The notes under the pieces are model-generated. The model had not been told where the DNA came from, ran no database searches, and saw only the letters and a list, made by a program, of their open reading frames with translations. A stretch of DNA of 64,000 bases, from positions 26,536,001-26,600,000 of the forward strand of contig OX597836.1 of NCBI GenBank assembly GCA_951406725.2, given 5' to 3'. Position 1 is the first letter of the stretch; the number at the start of each line of letters is the position of its first letter. Positions 51,904-64,000 of this stretch are shown here, piece after piece. This DNA comes from Octopus vulgaris. Lineage: Eukaryota. The translations under genes and the position numbers were made by a program.

Positions 51904-54097
51904 GTGAGTAAAACTGTTTGCATATCATTATTAAGGTGGCAAACTCGTTAGCATGCCAGGCTAAATGCTTAGTGATATTTTACCTGTTGCTACGTTGAGT
52001 TCAAATTCCACTGAGGTGGACTTTGCCTTTCATCTTTTGGGGGTTGATAAATCAAGTACCGGTTGAACACTGGAGTTGATGTAATCAATACATCCCATCC
52101 CCAAAAATGGTTGCCATCGTGGCAAAATCCCAAACCATTATTATTATTATTAAGGCAGTGAGCTGGCAGAATTGTTAGCACGCTGGATGAAATGCTTAGT
52201 GGTATTTCGTCTGCCGCTACGTTCCAAGTTCGACATTGCCTTTCATCCTTTCGGGGTCGATTAAATAAGTACCAGTTATGCACTGGGGTTGATATAATCG
52301 ACTTAATCCGTTTGTCTGTCCTTGTTTGTCCTCTGTGTTTAGCCCCTTATGGGTAGTGAAGAAATAGGTATTTCATCCATTGCTACATCCTGAGTTCAAA
52401 TTCTGCCAAGGTCAACTTTGCCTTTCATCCTTTTGGGGATTGATTAAGTACCTATTTCTTTACTGCCCACAAGGGGCTACACACAGAGGGGACAAACAAA
52501 CAAATTAAGTCGATTATATCAACCCCAGTGCGTAACTGGTACTTAATTTATCGACCACGAAAGGATGAAAGGCAAAGTCGACCTTGGCAGAATTTGAACT
52601 CAGAACGAAACGGCAGACGAAATACGGCTACGCATTTCGCCCGGCTAACGTTTCTACCAACTCGCCGCCTACCAGTAGAGTATTGGGGTCGATGTGATCA
52701 ACTGCCCCCCATCCCCACAAAATCCAGGGCTTGTGCCTATAGTAAAAAGGATTATTGTTATAAGGGTGTTGGAGTGGTTGACAATTAAGTCAGCTGCTAG
52801 CCATTGCCTACTGACACACACAATCATCATCACAATTGTCATTTAACATCCATCTTCCATGCTGGCATGGGTTGGATAGTTTGACAGGAGCTGGTGAGCC
52901 AGAAGATTGTGCCAAACTCTACTTTAACATGGTTTCTCCGGCTTGATGCCTTCCTTTATGCCAACCAATTTACAGAGAGAGTCAGCAAGTAACTTGCAAG
53001 ATAGCTAAGGAGAGAGTAGAATCGAGGGCAGGGGTCATTGTGCCAGGTGATGAGAGGTTAGGGTAGAAATAGGGGGATAGAAACTGATATCTTGCCTATC
53101 ATGATGTTTAAAATAAAGTGTCAACACAATATGCAAATTAGTAGCTCCAGCTTTCTGTAGCTCTTGTATATAGACAGACTGACCAATCCCAGAGACACTA
53201 GCAGCCAAACTGATGTAGACATCCCTGATGAGCTTTCAATAAGAGTCAAAGATCAATCTAATTGCAGTTGGTGCCAGATGAACAATCAACCAGAGATACT
53301 GGACTTGGTCACTACTCGAGTATAATTACCAAGTGTAAAAGACATTGCTTAGACTAATTCATTAGTTTGATTAGAGAGGTCCTGCCACCAAGATGGATTC
53401 TGGTATAAAAAAAAAAAAAAAAAAAAAAACATTCTGATTCTTTTTAAACTATTGTGGTACAAGTCCAGTGTTGCAGGAGAGTAAAAGTTCTCTTTCACTG
53501 CTGACATTCTTCTGGCCTTCACAATTTATCATTTCCATTTTTCATCTAAAATTTCCATTGGGGGGGGGGGGGGAATCATCATTTAACACCCACTTTTCCA
53601 TGCTGGCATGAATCAGGCAGAATTTATTGAGGCAGTTACAAACTCGTACCGTTTTTCCATGCAAGGTAATATTTCTCCAAAGCCAGGCATGCTTTTCACA
53701 GAAGTCTGTAAAACAAAGGACACCACTTGCATGATGGTGACACATCTTTACAACTATCACAGAATGTCAAGCCAAGGCAACAGTAACACACACATGCATA
53801 TATGAAGTGCTTCTTTCAGTTTTTGTCTCCCAAATCCACTCACAAGGCTTTGAGTGGCCCAGGGTTATAGTAGAAGACACTTTCCCAAAGTGGCACACAG
53901 CAAGATTGAACCCTTGTTTACTGGGTCATTTTGTAGTTGGGGAGGCTGGTCAACAACCTGGTTCAACTACTTGTGAGCCCAAGACATCAATACTGAAAGA
54001 ACCCCCATTCCTATACAATCTCATCATAATCACACTATTTACACACAAACACTCCACTTCCATCCCCTGACAGTTTTATTGCTTTTATCTTCCCTAG

Positions 54098-54436
54098 GCT
54101 CCAGGTACCCACCACGCAGCATTATTTAGAGACTCCTTCATCACTGACAAACCGCACTGGATCCACTCGGAACCAGAATTTAATGAAGGTGTGGCTACAG
54201 TGAACTTCCGTTTCCAACATATCCATCCATTAGTGACTTGTCACATACAGAGGTCTAATGACAACAAATACACTGTGACGCTAGAGAAACCACTGCGTGC
54301 TATCTGCCCTGGTCAGTATGCAGTGTTCTACAAAGACGAAGAGTGTTTGGGCAGTGCAAAAATTCTAACAGTAAATCCTTCATACTGGAGGCAAAATAAA
54401 CAAAATCCCATTGACCCAACCAAAGACTTCTTGTGA
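54098..54436 (+). CDS. TRMU: TRMU exon 8 (terminal, stop TGA)
   Basis: APGTHHAALFRDSF...FRFQH...LEKPLRAICPGQYAVFYKDEECLGSAKI...; exon lengths sum to 1173 nt = 390 aa + stop. Confidence 0.95.
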   Translation, partial: APGTHHAALFRDSFITDKPHWIHSEPEFNEGVATVNFRFQHIHPLVTCHIQRSNDNKYTVTLEKPLRAICPGQYAVFYKDEECLGSAKILTVNPSYWRQNKQNPIDPTKDFL

Positions 54437-54457
54437 CAAAAACCACCATTAGATAAG

Positions 54458-54509
54458 AAATAAAATTATTTTCATTCATAAAATAGCAATTGTAATAAAT
54501 TCATTTATT
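54458..54509. terminator. Poly(A) signals: AATAAA on + at 54458 and 54494, AATAAA on - at 54504-54509
   Basis: Hexamers read directly just after the TRMU stop. Confidence 0.5.
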
Positions 54510-56610
54510 AGGAATATTGAGAAACAAGGAAAAAAATTATTTGCAATGAGCACTTTGCTCAGTAAAGAAGTTTTTCTTTTCATATATTATTATTATTATT
54601 ATGAAATTGTTTGCAACAAATATTCCTCAGGCTAAAATCTGATAATGTAATTTGCCAAGTTGACAATCCCACACAAACAGTGAACAAGTTCCACATAAAC
54701 CATCAACATTAGATGCTTTCTTTTCTTTTTTGTAGAAAAACATTGAGAGAAATTATTTATTATAATAAATAATTGGAGGGGGTTTTTTTTTAAATCTTTT
54801 TTTTTTTTCAAAGTTAAGATAAATCAGGTTGTATTCAATCACTATCAATCAAGACTAATCAATTAAACAAAGTATGGATACAAGTTGGATAATCGAGAAA
54901 AACGCTTGGCTTAACTCAGTGAGTATTGGACTGTCAAAAAGGGCTTCACAATGCTAAAAATGGCAATTATATAACGATTCCTCCCATTTCATCGGCTACT
55001 TTTTGCCACACAATTTTCTTGTAAAATGTGTGGAAACCAAAACTGCCAAAACAAAGCTGGGTTTACAGCTAAGCTCAATTCTTTGTTGATATTTCTGTGT
55101 TTATTATGAACTCATCGTGATATGCAATGTTACTGGGTCCTCCAGCAGCATGTGTGTAAGTGTGCGTATAGAATAATAATAATAATAATAACGTTAAAGC
55201 TTAGCAATGTGAAGACCCACGCAAGCTTATGGCAGTTCTATAAGAGACTCGTAGCAGTTTATTTTGGTGGAATTAGTAAGAAAACAAAAAAAAAAAAAAG
55301 TTTAAAAAAAGATTAGGAAATAAAATAAATTTAATGAAGATATATATCAAAAAGAAATATTAAACAAATTAAAGATCAATCAAGGAGAGAATGATAAAAA
55401 GATTAACATTGGAGAAATAAGCCAACAAATGAAATCGTCCTCAGATTTTAAAAGAGAGAAAAAAAAAAAAATAATGCAACCATATCCAGAAAGCAGAATT
55501 TCTCCAAAAACTAATATATCTACACAACGGCAGTGAGTTGCAGTGTGTGATGACAAAAGGCCTAGAAAAAGACTTTAAAAAAAAAAAAAAATTTTTTTTT
55601 TTTTTTTTTTTAAAGTTTAATGGACAAATGGGGGGAGGGGGAATTCCTATAAGGGGTACTGAAAACAGAAATATCTGTAGCAATATTACAATTGAAAAAT
55701 GGAGGCAGAGAAAGGAGGAAGGGTTGGAGGGGGGGTATTTTTTCGTTTTAAATATGTATTAATTAATTAATTAGCAACAACAAAGTTGGCATCTGCACTG
55801 AGGAAAAGATCTGCTGGTCAAGTTACTAGAACCTTATTTTAGAGGGGCAGTAAGAGGAACAGGGGTAGAAGGGGAACTTTAACAGGTTAGATAGATATAT
55901 CGTTGAGATATTTAAACTGGGAGATGGTTACAGGGTATATATATTTATATATATATATATATAATGTATGTACATACACTGCCTCGAGAGTTATTTTCAA
56001 TGATCCTGTCTGTCCACTTGGAGATGTTTCAGGTTGGGAAACAAATTTCAGAAATTTAGGGGAGAGAACCTCTACTTCAATGACGATTTTCTTTATTGAA
56101 CAAAGATATCAATTTTGTTGGTACAGCTTGTAGCTGAAAACATAACATAATAACTTAGTCCAACGGACATTCATTCATGCAAAATATTTCAGCTCTATAG
56201 AAAGACCAATTACATCCAATGAGTGTGGAGGCAGTTTAACCAACCATCAGTTCGCTAAGCACCAGCACACACTGTGCTGTCTGACAGCTAACAGTTTGGG
56301 TTCGTTTTTCTCTTTTCTTTTCTTTCTTCTTTTTTTTTATTTATTTATTTAAATTTTATTTGTTTGTTTGTTTCTCAAGAAAATGATAGCTGAAAGAAGA
56401 GCCTCAAGCCGCTCTCTCATCATCAAACTTTATTAGCATTTCTTTTTTTTTTTTCAAATTTTTTTTTAAAACAAACTCTTTTCTCCGATACAAAAGAGTG
56501 AGACAAAAGAATGAGGAAGAAGGAAGAAGAAACCTGAGGAGAAAATAATCAGTACTTATCTCAAAGATAATTGCGATTTTCATATCTAGAATCCTTCAAT
56601 TATTAACATT

Positions 56611-56698
<88 letters not shown>

Positions 56699-57299
56699 TA
56701 TATAATCAGGTCTTTCCCTTACAGAATTCTGAATTCAAAGTATAGGTTGAAAATTTTTTTTTTTTTTAAAGTGTTTTATTTATTTATTTATTTATTCTTA
56801 TTTCTCATTTTTGTTTTTTTTTTTTGTTTCTTTTTTCTGAGATGTGTGAAGATCTAGATAAGTGGCTGATATCTATGAGCTGGAATAGTGTGATGGAAGT
56901 AGACAGCTGCTGCTGCTGCTGTCGATCCCATTTTTTGCTGCTGCTGCTGATAATGCCATTATGCTACATCGGGAAATGGAGCAATTTATTTATTTCTTTG
57001 CAAACTTGGAGCCTTACAATATATATAATTATATATATATATATATATACATATATATATGTATATATATATACACACACACACACAGACATGACATAAC
57101 GTGTGGATAATGCATACATATATATGTATGTATAATACATTATATAGATATGTGTGTGTGTGTATGTATATATATATATATATATGTATATACATACACA
57201 CATACATATACCTGTATGTGTGCGTGTGTGTGTATATATGTATGTATATATATTTTTTATATTTCTCATGTTGAAGTCCATTTGGTTATGTTGAAATGA
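54500..57299 (-). other. HUWE1: Probable long HUWE1 3' UTR
   Basis: Follows the stop codon; homopolymer and (TA)n rich but free of the SINEs that fill the introns; true 3' end unknown. Confidence 0.55.
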
Positions 57300-57402
57300 T
57301 TAAGCCAGACCAAACCCTTCAGAGCATTCATTTATTGCCAGCAGTAACATGTGCCGCAATTTGTCGTAGGTCTCGTAGGCAGGAAGATCCAACTGGTTGA
57401 AG
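57300..57402 (-). CDS. HUWE1: HUWE1 last coding exon (stop TAA)
   Basis: (C)[33 protein letters not shown], the HUWE1-type C-terminus. Confidence 0.97.
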
Positions 57403-57540
57403 CTAAGAAAGAAGAAAGAGCAAAACATATCTTAGTTATTCAATACTGAGAATGAACTGAAACAACGTTAATCAATATTAAACCTTTTTTGTTATCATAT
57501 TTCTATTGAGATACATCATCTTTCTTTCAGGTAAGGTAAG

Positions 57541-57905
57541 GAAGCACTCCGTCGGTTACGACGACGAGGGTTCCGGTTGATCCGAATCAACGGAACAGCC
57601 TGCTCGTGAAATTAACATGTAAGTGGCTGAGCACTCCACAGACACGTGCACCCTTAACGTAGTTCTCGGGGATATTCAGCGTGACACACAGAGTGACAAG
57701 GCCGGCCCCTTGACATACAGGTACAACAGAAACACGAAGTAAGAGTGAGAGAAAGTTGTGGTGAAAGAGTACAGCAGGGATCACCACCATCCCCTGCCAG
57801 AGCCTCGTGAAGCTTTTAGGTGTTTTCGTTCAATAAACACTCACAACGCCCGGTCTGGGAATCGAAACCGCGAGTCCGCTGCCCTAACCACTGGGCCATT
57901 GCGCA
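57541..57905 (-). mobile_element. SINE family C
   Basis: Reverse complement of 10698-11078. Confidence 0.85.
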
Positions 57906-59190
57906 ATTAATTTTAAAAAGAATGAATTTAATAAAATTACAAGCTGGGGTGCTTGGAATATAAATTAGCAGGAAATTTTGATGAAATGTCTTAATTTAGA
58001 TATCTTTAAAACAGGAAGTTGTATCATAGAACTAGTGATGGTCTCAGGCAGTTTGATGTCAGAAGGGTTAATGAGAACAAGGTCATTATCTTTTAGGGAA
58101 AGGGGATGTGTCTATAGCATTCACAGGCAAGACCAATCCAGTGTTTGTGCAACCAATACACAACAGAGACAACCTATGTGTAGATCTATCAGTAAGATGG
58201 CTTTCTTTTGGGTGCAGTAAGGGATGTTTGTGTATGTCATTAACAGCATCCCAGATTTGAGTTTCGTAGAAAGTCAAAAACTGGAGTATTTTTCAGGCCC
58301 TGAACAGAAAGGCTAGTGTTTGGGGTGCAGAGTTGCTGGTTTATGAAGGTAGGGGGGACATCAAGAAAGATCAGATTTAGCAAGTTTGAGGGTTTTTGAA
58401 GTAGCTAGAGAAGATGGGAGTGCAAAGTTATTTTCTTGATGCAAGTAGTGATAGTATGTGTTGTTGACAGAGATTAGATTATCATGTCCACATTTGAGCA
58501 GTTTTTTGAGGTTTCTTGCAAAATAATTAAGGTGCATCTAAGCGAATCCTACCACTACTCCTCTTTACCCAGGAGACAAAATGTAGGAAGAATGTTTAGA
58601 TACGGGGGAAGAGGTGGTAGACATACACCGCAATGGTACCATCGAAGTAGTAGACACTTTCAAACCAAGCAAGAGAACTCCATAAATTGGTAGCTGAGCA
58701 TATGCTGAAAGGTTAACTGCAATGGTATTACTTTCACTCAATTTCTCAAAGGCAAGGGACTTGACAGGGCTTGGTGGAAAGAATGGCTTCCTTCACCTTT
58801 GAGGTATTGGAAGCAAGAATTATCAGTTGATACTTGGTATAGCCAAAGAGGTTGCCAGTCTCTGGAATAATGGAATGCACTGGAGATTTGGGATTTTTCC
58901 CCCACCTTTTATAACAGAAATTTTTAGTTTTGTGGGCAGTAAATGTTTAACCTTTCAAAATGATCATAGTTCAAGAATGGTGGATTCTACAAAATTTGGC
59001 AGAAAATGTTTGGCAAGATTTTTATTAGATGATGTGGTGTTACAAAAGACCAATCTATGAATGCATGCTTAGACCTACCAGACTTGTTACAGCACTGCTT
59101 CCCTATTTCATTATAAATCAAATATTAACAACCAAAATTATCAGAGATCAGTAACATAACAGAAATAGGATGTGAACCAAATGGGCTTAC

Positions 59191-59381
59191 CAGGTGTGTG
59201 CAGTGGGCAGTCTATCTGTGGAGCGATCGTCTCTGTGGATTTGAAATTTTTGGATGCCATTCATTCCCTCCAGGTAAGCAAAGCCCTGAAGTGGAACTTT
59301 TGAAGTTCCAGTAACAAACTGGATAAACCGTGCACGGTTGGCTTGATCAAAAGATCGTAATGCTCGCCAAAACCATTGGAT
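59191..59381 (-). CDS. HUWE1: HUWE1 penultimate exon
   Basis: [63 protein letters not shown]; the catalytic Cys codon is split TG|C by the intron. Confidence 0.97.
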
Positions 59382-59503
59382 CTAAAACAGAAAAATAAAA
59401 TCTCGTTAGTTGCAACAGTATCTTTTGATGATGTTCGATTTTAGATTAATTAGAAAGCAATGTATTAAAAAATATTTTCAAATATCAATGGCTATCTCAC
59501 TCA

Positions 59504-59537
<34 letters not shown>

Positions 59538-62052
59538 AAACAATCCATTATGGGACACTTCTGCTAAACATAGCAGCCAAACTCCTTAATTCTCCTTTAC
59601 CGTTTTTTGTTCAGGCCGTTGCCAGCGCCGCCTCGACTGGCTTCTGTGCCGGTGGCACATAAAAAGCACCATCCGAATGTGGCCGATGCCAGACCCCCCC
59701 CCCCCTGGCACCTGTGCAGGTGGCACGTAAAAAGCACCCACTACACTCGCGGAGTGGTTGGCGTTAGGAAGGGCATCCAGCTGTAGAAACACTGCCAGAT
59801 CAGACTGGAGCCAGGTGCAGCCCTGGCTTCCCAGACTCCGGTCGAACCGTCCAACCGTGCTAGCGCGGAAAACGGACGTTAAACGATGATGATTATGATG
59901 ATGTTTATGTCAAGACAACATGAGAAATATTGTCAATTGTCTCAGTCCTGTACCTCCACACCCTAATAACCAACATGCTGATATCTAACTTCCTATATTT
60001 TCCCTGCAATTTACCATCCATTGTCAGCTCATGGCTCTTCTTCATCCAGCCCTCCATTGTCCAGTCAACAACAGCCAAGTCCTAAAACAACAGCAGAGTG
60101 TGTACTGTAACAGATGTGACATACGGCCACACTGATGTCGATAGGGAAGCATTTTTAAATCACCGCTAAATATTTCGTCTCCTACTCACCACATCCATCT
60201 GTCAGAATAACAACATTAAATAACATTATTTTGTTTTGGTTATTTCTACAGATATTCATCATCATCATCGTTTAGCGTCCGTTTTCCATGCTAGCATGGG
60301 TTGGACGGTTCTACTGGGGTCTGTGAAGCCAGAAGGCTTCATCAGGCCCAGTCAAGTCTGGCAGTGTTTCTACGGCTGGATGCCCTTCTCAACGCCAACC
60401 ACTCCGTGAGTGTAGTGGGTGCTTTTTACGTGCCACCCGCACAGGTGCCAGACAGAGCTGGCAAACGGACACGAATGGATGGTGCTTTTTACGTGCCACC
60501 GGCATGAGGTCAGTCGGGGCGGCGCTGGCAACGGTCGCGAATAATGTAAAAAGCACTGCTAATGCAATAGGACATGGTATTGACTTATGAAAACATTTAA
60601 TATACTTTATGGTGTATTATGATTGCATAATGAAATACCACGTACCTACAAATCATTAATATTAAATAGCATCTTTCCTACATATAAAAAATTACTTCTA
60701 TCCCTTGTTCCCAAATAACACCATTTCGATAACTTTGCATACTTTGTTGCTCAAAGAGGGCCACACATCAGAAAGCACTCATATTCACACATTCTCAAGT
60801 GGAATTTGAGCATAACATAGAAATGTTATCACAAAATCATCATCGTCATTTAACATCCGTTTTCCATGCTGGCATGGGTTGGATGGTTTGACAGGATCTG
60901 GTGAGCTGCAAGGCTACATCATGCTCACTCTTCGTCTCTCTTTAGTCTACACCACATCACTAATGGACATCAACTCGAGAGCAAATTTTCCTCCTGGCTG
61001 TGCAAGAGGACACTGCATGTGCCAACTGCAAGACAATGCACAATCCCGTGTTCCTCATAAGTTCATGCAGGCCTGAGTACCTGGTTACAACATCCCCCAT
61101 GGGGTTGTAGGAAAACAGTGCAATGACAGGTTGATCTGCCAGGCAAAACCAACGGCCTGCAAATTTTAGCCTTCTTTGAGTGTTTGGCTGATGAGCAGTA
61201 AAGATCCATGTAGTGACTCATTTGATATATGGTCATCACATTTTCTAGCAGGAAGAAATTCATTTGTTCATGGCACCAGCCCTAGGGTGAGGCGACCAAG
61301 TTGCAAGACAGGAAAAGACAGCAAAAGAAGGCGGGGGATGGAAGAAAAGGCAAAAACCCTCTTGAACAAGTGGTGGTGCGGTTTAGAAATCTTGGCAGAG
61401 TTTCCTCCAGTTTGATACATTGCTACTGTAGTAAATATTAGCTGAAAATTCATTGAGACAAGACAAGTGGAGCAAACAGATTTCAGGAAATAATGAAACA
61501 GTTATGCTACTATTATTACTACTATCAATGACAGACATGGTCATACATAAGACAGACATTTTACTGAACAACTTATTATTATTATTATTATTATGAAAGT
61601 AGCTAACTGGCAGAATTGTTAGCATGCCAGACAAACTGCTTAGCAGCATTTATCTTTACATCCCAGGGTTCAAATTCTGCCGAGGTTGACTTTGCCTTTT
61701 ATCCTGGGGGGGGGGTCGATAAATTAAGTACCATATGCATACTGGGGATCAATGTCATCAACTAGCACCCCCCCACCAAATGTCAGGCCTTTCGCCTATT
61801 GCGGAAAGGGCTAATTACTATTATTATGGCAGTGAGATGGAAGAATCCTTTGTAAGCCAGACAAAATGTTCAACGGTATTTCTTGTTGCTCTCCATGACC
61901 TTTGCTTAACCTACCGAGATCAACTTCACCTTCCAGGAACATAAAACAAAGTGTCAAGCACTGGGGTTAATGTAATTGAGCATCCACTTCACCAACAAAA
62001 TATTTCAGGCCATAATGCCTAGAGTAGAAAGGAGTATTTTTTTGATATTACT

Positions 62053-62440
62053 GTGTGGAAGCACTCCGTCGGTTACGACGATGAGAGTTCCGGTTGATCC
62101 AAATCAACGGAACAGCCTGCTAGTGAAATTAACGTGTAAGTGGCTGAGCACTCCACAGACATGTGCACCCTTAACGTAGTTCTCGGGGATATTCAGCGTG
62201 ACACAGAGAGTGACAAGGCCGGCCCCTTGAAATACAGGTACAACAGAAACAGGAAGTAAGAGTGAGAGAAAGTTGTGGTGAAAGAGTACAGCAGGGATCA
62301 CCACCATCCCCTGCCAGAGCCTCGTGGAGCTTTTAGGTGTTTTCGCTCAATAAACACTCACAACGCCCGGTCTGGGAATCGGAACCGCGATCCTATGACC
62401 GCGAGTCCACTGCCCTAACCACTGGGCCATTGCGCCTCCA
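62053..62440 (-). mobile_element. SINE family C with TSD
   Basis: 13-bp TSD TTTTGATATTACT (62040-62052 and 62441-62453). Confidence 0.9.
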
Positions 62441-62618
62441 TTTTGATATTACTAACCATTAACATTATTGTTAAATCGTCATTATTAATTAACAACTACT
62501 TATTAATCATTGTAAAAGTCTTAGCTGCTGCGTGCAACATTGATGCAAACTGAAAGGACAGGACAAGGGCTGACGTAAATGAAACAAACAATGTGTGTGT
62601 GTGTGTGTGTGTATATAC

Positions 62619-62918
62619 CTGTAGAGAGTTGGGCTGGTATTTGTGATACTCCGAGTTAGCCTTCAGATCATCAATATCAATGTTAGGCAAACCAGAAATG
62701 AGCAACTCCAGTTCTTGCTCGTTGAAGATAGAGATCAAGCGTTTGGGAATAATATCATAGAAGCCCTCCAAGAAAGCATCCAGCTGCTTGCGAATCGATT
62801 CGGTCATTCTCATTTGGCAAACTATTTTTACATATTCTTTCTTGTTTTCTTCCGTTACAGTTAAATTGCGTCCGTCTGGTTTTAAATCTCGCGCCTCAGT
62901 GACCCCAAATTCCTGGAT
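62619..62918 (-). CDS. HUWE1: HUWE1 HECT-domain exon (3rd from last)
   Basis: [78 protein letters not shown]...KYQPNSLQ; 300 nt. Confidence 0.97.
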
Positions 62919-63509
62919 CTGTAAAAAAACAAAATTATATCCTAATTAGTTTACAAAGAAATGGAAAATTGTAAGAAGCACATTCATAGGAGCTGAAATG
63001 GTTATGTAGCTAAGAAGTTTGCTACCCAACCACTTGAGTTTAGGTCGAGGCCAAATTTATGTATGGGTCAATATGGGCCATGGCTCAAGGACCCTGAACA
63101 TTGGGGACCTCTTTAACTTGGAGAAGCCTAAAGCCTGGAGTTAAAAATTCATAGCTATCAAATAATTTGCAGTTTTTTCTTGTTTAAATTTTTTTTAATC
63201 CAACAAACTTTAAAAATTGAACCCTCTTTTAATTAAAAGGGGCCCTTTTCAATTTAGTTTTTACTGAGACCCTCTGAATCCAAGGCTTTTTAAATTTTGG
63301 GGCCCCGCTTCAAACTGTTTGGAGCCTTTTTACCTCCGCCTTAGTGGAAGGATGTTTGGCCTTGTAACTGGCACAAACTGATTAGATTTGGGGATCAATA
63401 CAGCGCCCGATACAGCATTCCTATGTCCCCACCCCAAAAACATGCCCCATTTAATAACAGATTAGAATGTGATTGTGCATCAAGTGAGAGCAAGAGAAAG
63501 AAGCAATAC

Positions 63510-63615
63510 CTCTGTACTAAACGTCAGCTCATAGCCAAGATCTTTGACATCATTTTCAAGCAGAAAGACCAGTCCTTGGTAGAAGGAATAATCTTCACTT
63601 TCCATATCGGTATAT
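63510..63615 (-). CDS. HUWE1: HUWE1 HECT-domain exon (4th from last)
   Basis: [35 protein letters not shown] (human [35 protein letters not shown]). Confidence 0.95.
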
Positions 63616-64000
63616 CTGTCAAGAAAAAATAAATTATTGGAAATTAGTTATATTACTGAAACAATTCACCGGTACGCTGCAATACTATACTGTTTGTAGT
63701 CCTTTTTCATCTTTTATCTTTCACTTGTTTCAGTCATTGGTGGGGGAGAGGAGGGAGGGTTTAGTCGAAACAAATTGACCCCAGACTTACTTTTTTTTTA
63801 AAGCCTGGTACTTATTTCATTGGTCTCATATGCACAGGGTAGGTTATGAGATTAACAAATATCAGTGACAGAATTAACAACACCCAAGCACATACATACG
63901 CATTATATATACACCACACACACACAAGCTAATGCTATAGGTGTAGTGGCCGCCTTTATTGCATGTATGGAAATATCCACACATTTGACTGTATATTAAT

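Noticed and set aside
53222-53260. CTGATGAG followed by a short stem
   Set aside because: No GAAA and no stem I; too degenerate to call a hammerhead
57920-59060. Several 60-80 aa ORFs in the last HUWE1 intron
   Set aside because: Short and discontinuous; probably an old LINE remnant, but no motif could be read confidently

Overview
This is AT-rich, microsatellite- and SINE-dense eukaryotic genomic DNA. The repeat families look like those of Octopus/coleoid cephalopods (inference, no search run). Three intron-rich housekeeping genes could be rebuilt exon by exon by hand, with GT-AG sites and consistent phases. (1) MTMR14, a myotubularin-related phosphatase (HCISGWDRT motif), lies on the minus strand with 15 coding exons from 35525 down to about 317 and probably continues past the window start. 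(2) TRMU/MTU1, a mitochondrial tRNA 2-thiouridylase (SGGVDS PP-loop), lies on the plus strand with 8 exons at 38492-54436 (390 aa, complete), head-to-head with MTMR14. (3) The last four coding exons of the HECT E3 ligase HUWE1 lie on the minus strand at 63615-57300, convergent with TRMU. Introns carry several tRNA-derived SINE families, RTE and CR1 LINE fragments, a deleted mariner, piggyBac- and hAT-type MITEs, two Helitron-like elements and many fold-back repeats. Most long ORFs in the supplied track are microsatellite or repeat artefacts. The most unusual signals are: a 150-bp copy of MTMR14 exon 2 plus its acceptor captured inside a fold-back element 777 bp away; minimal hammerhead-ribozyme cores in Penelope-type fold-backs in TRMU introns; a SINE that repeatedly nests into its own GGTA motifs in both orientations; and bidirectional poly(A)-signal palindromes where TRMU and HUWE1 converge.
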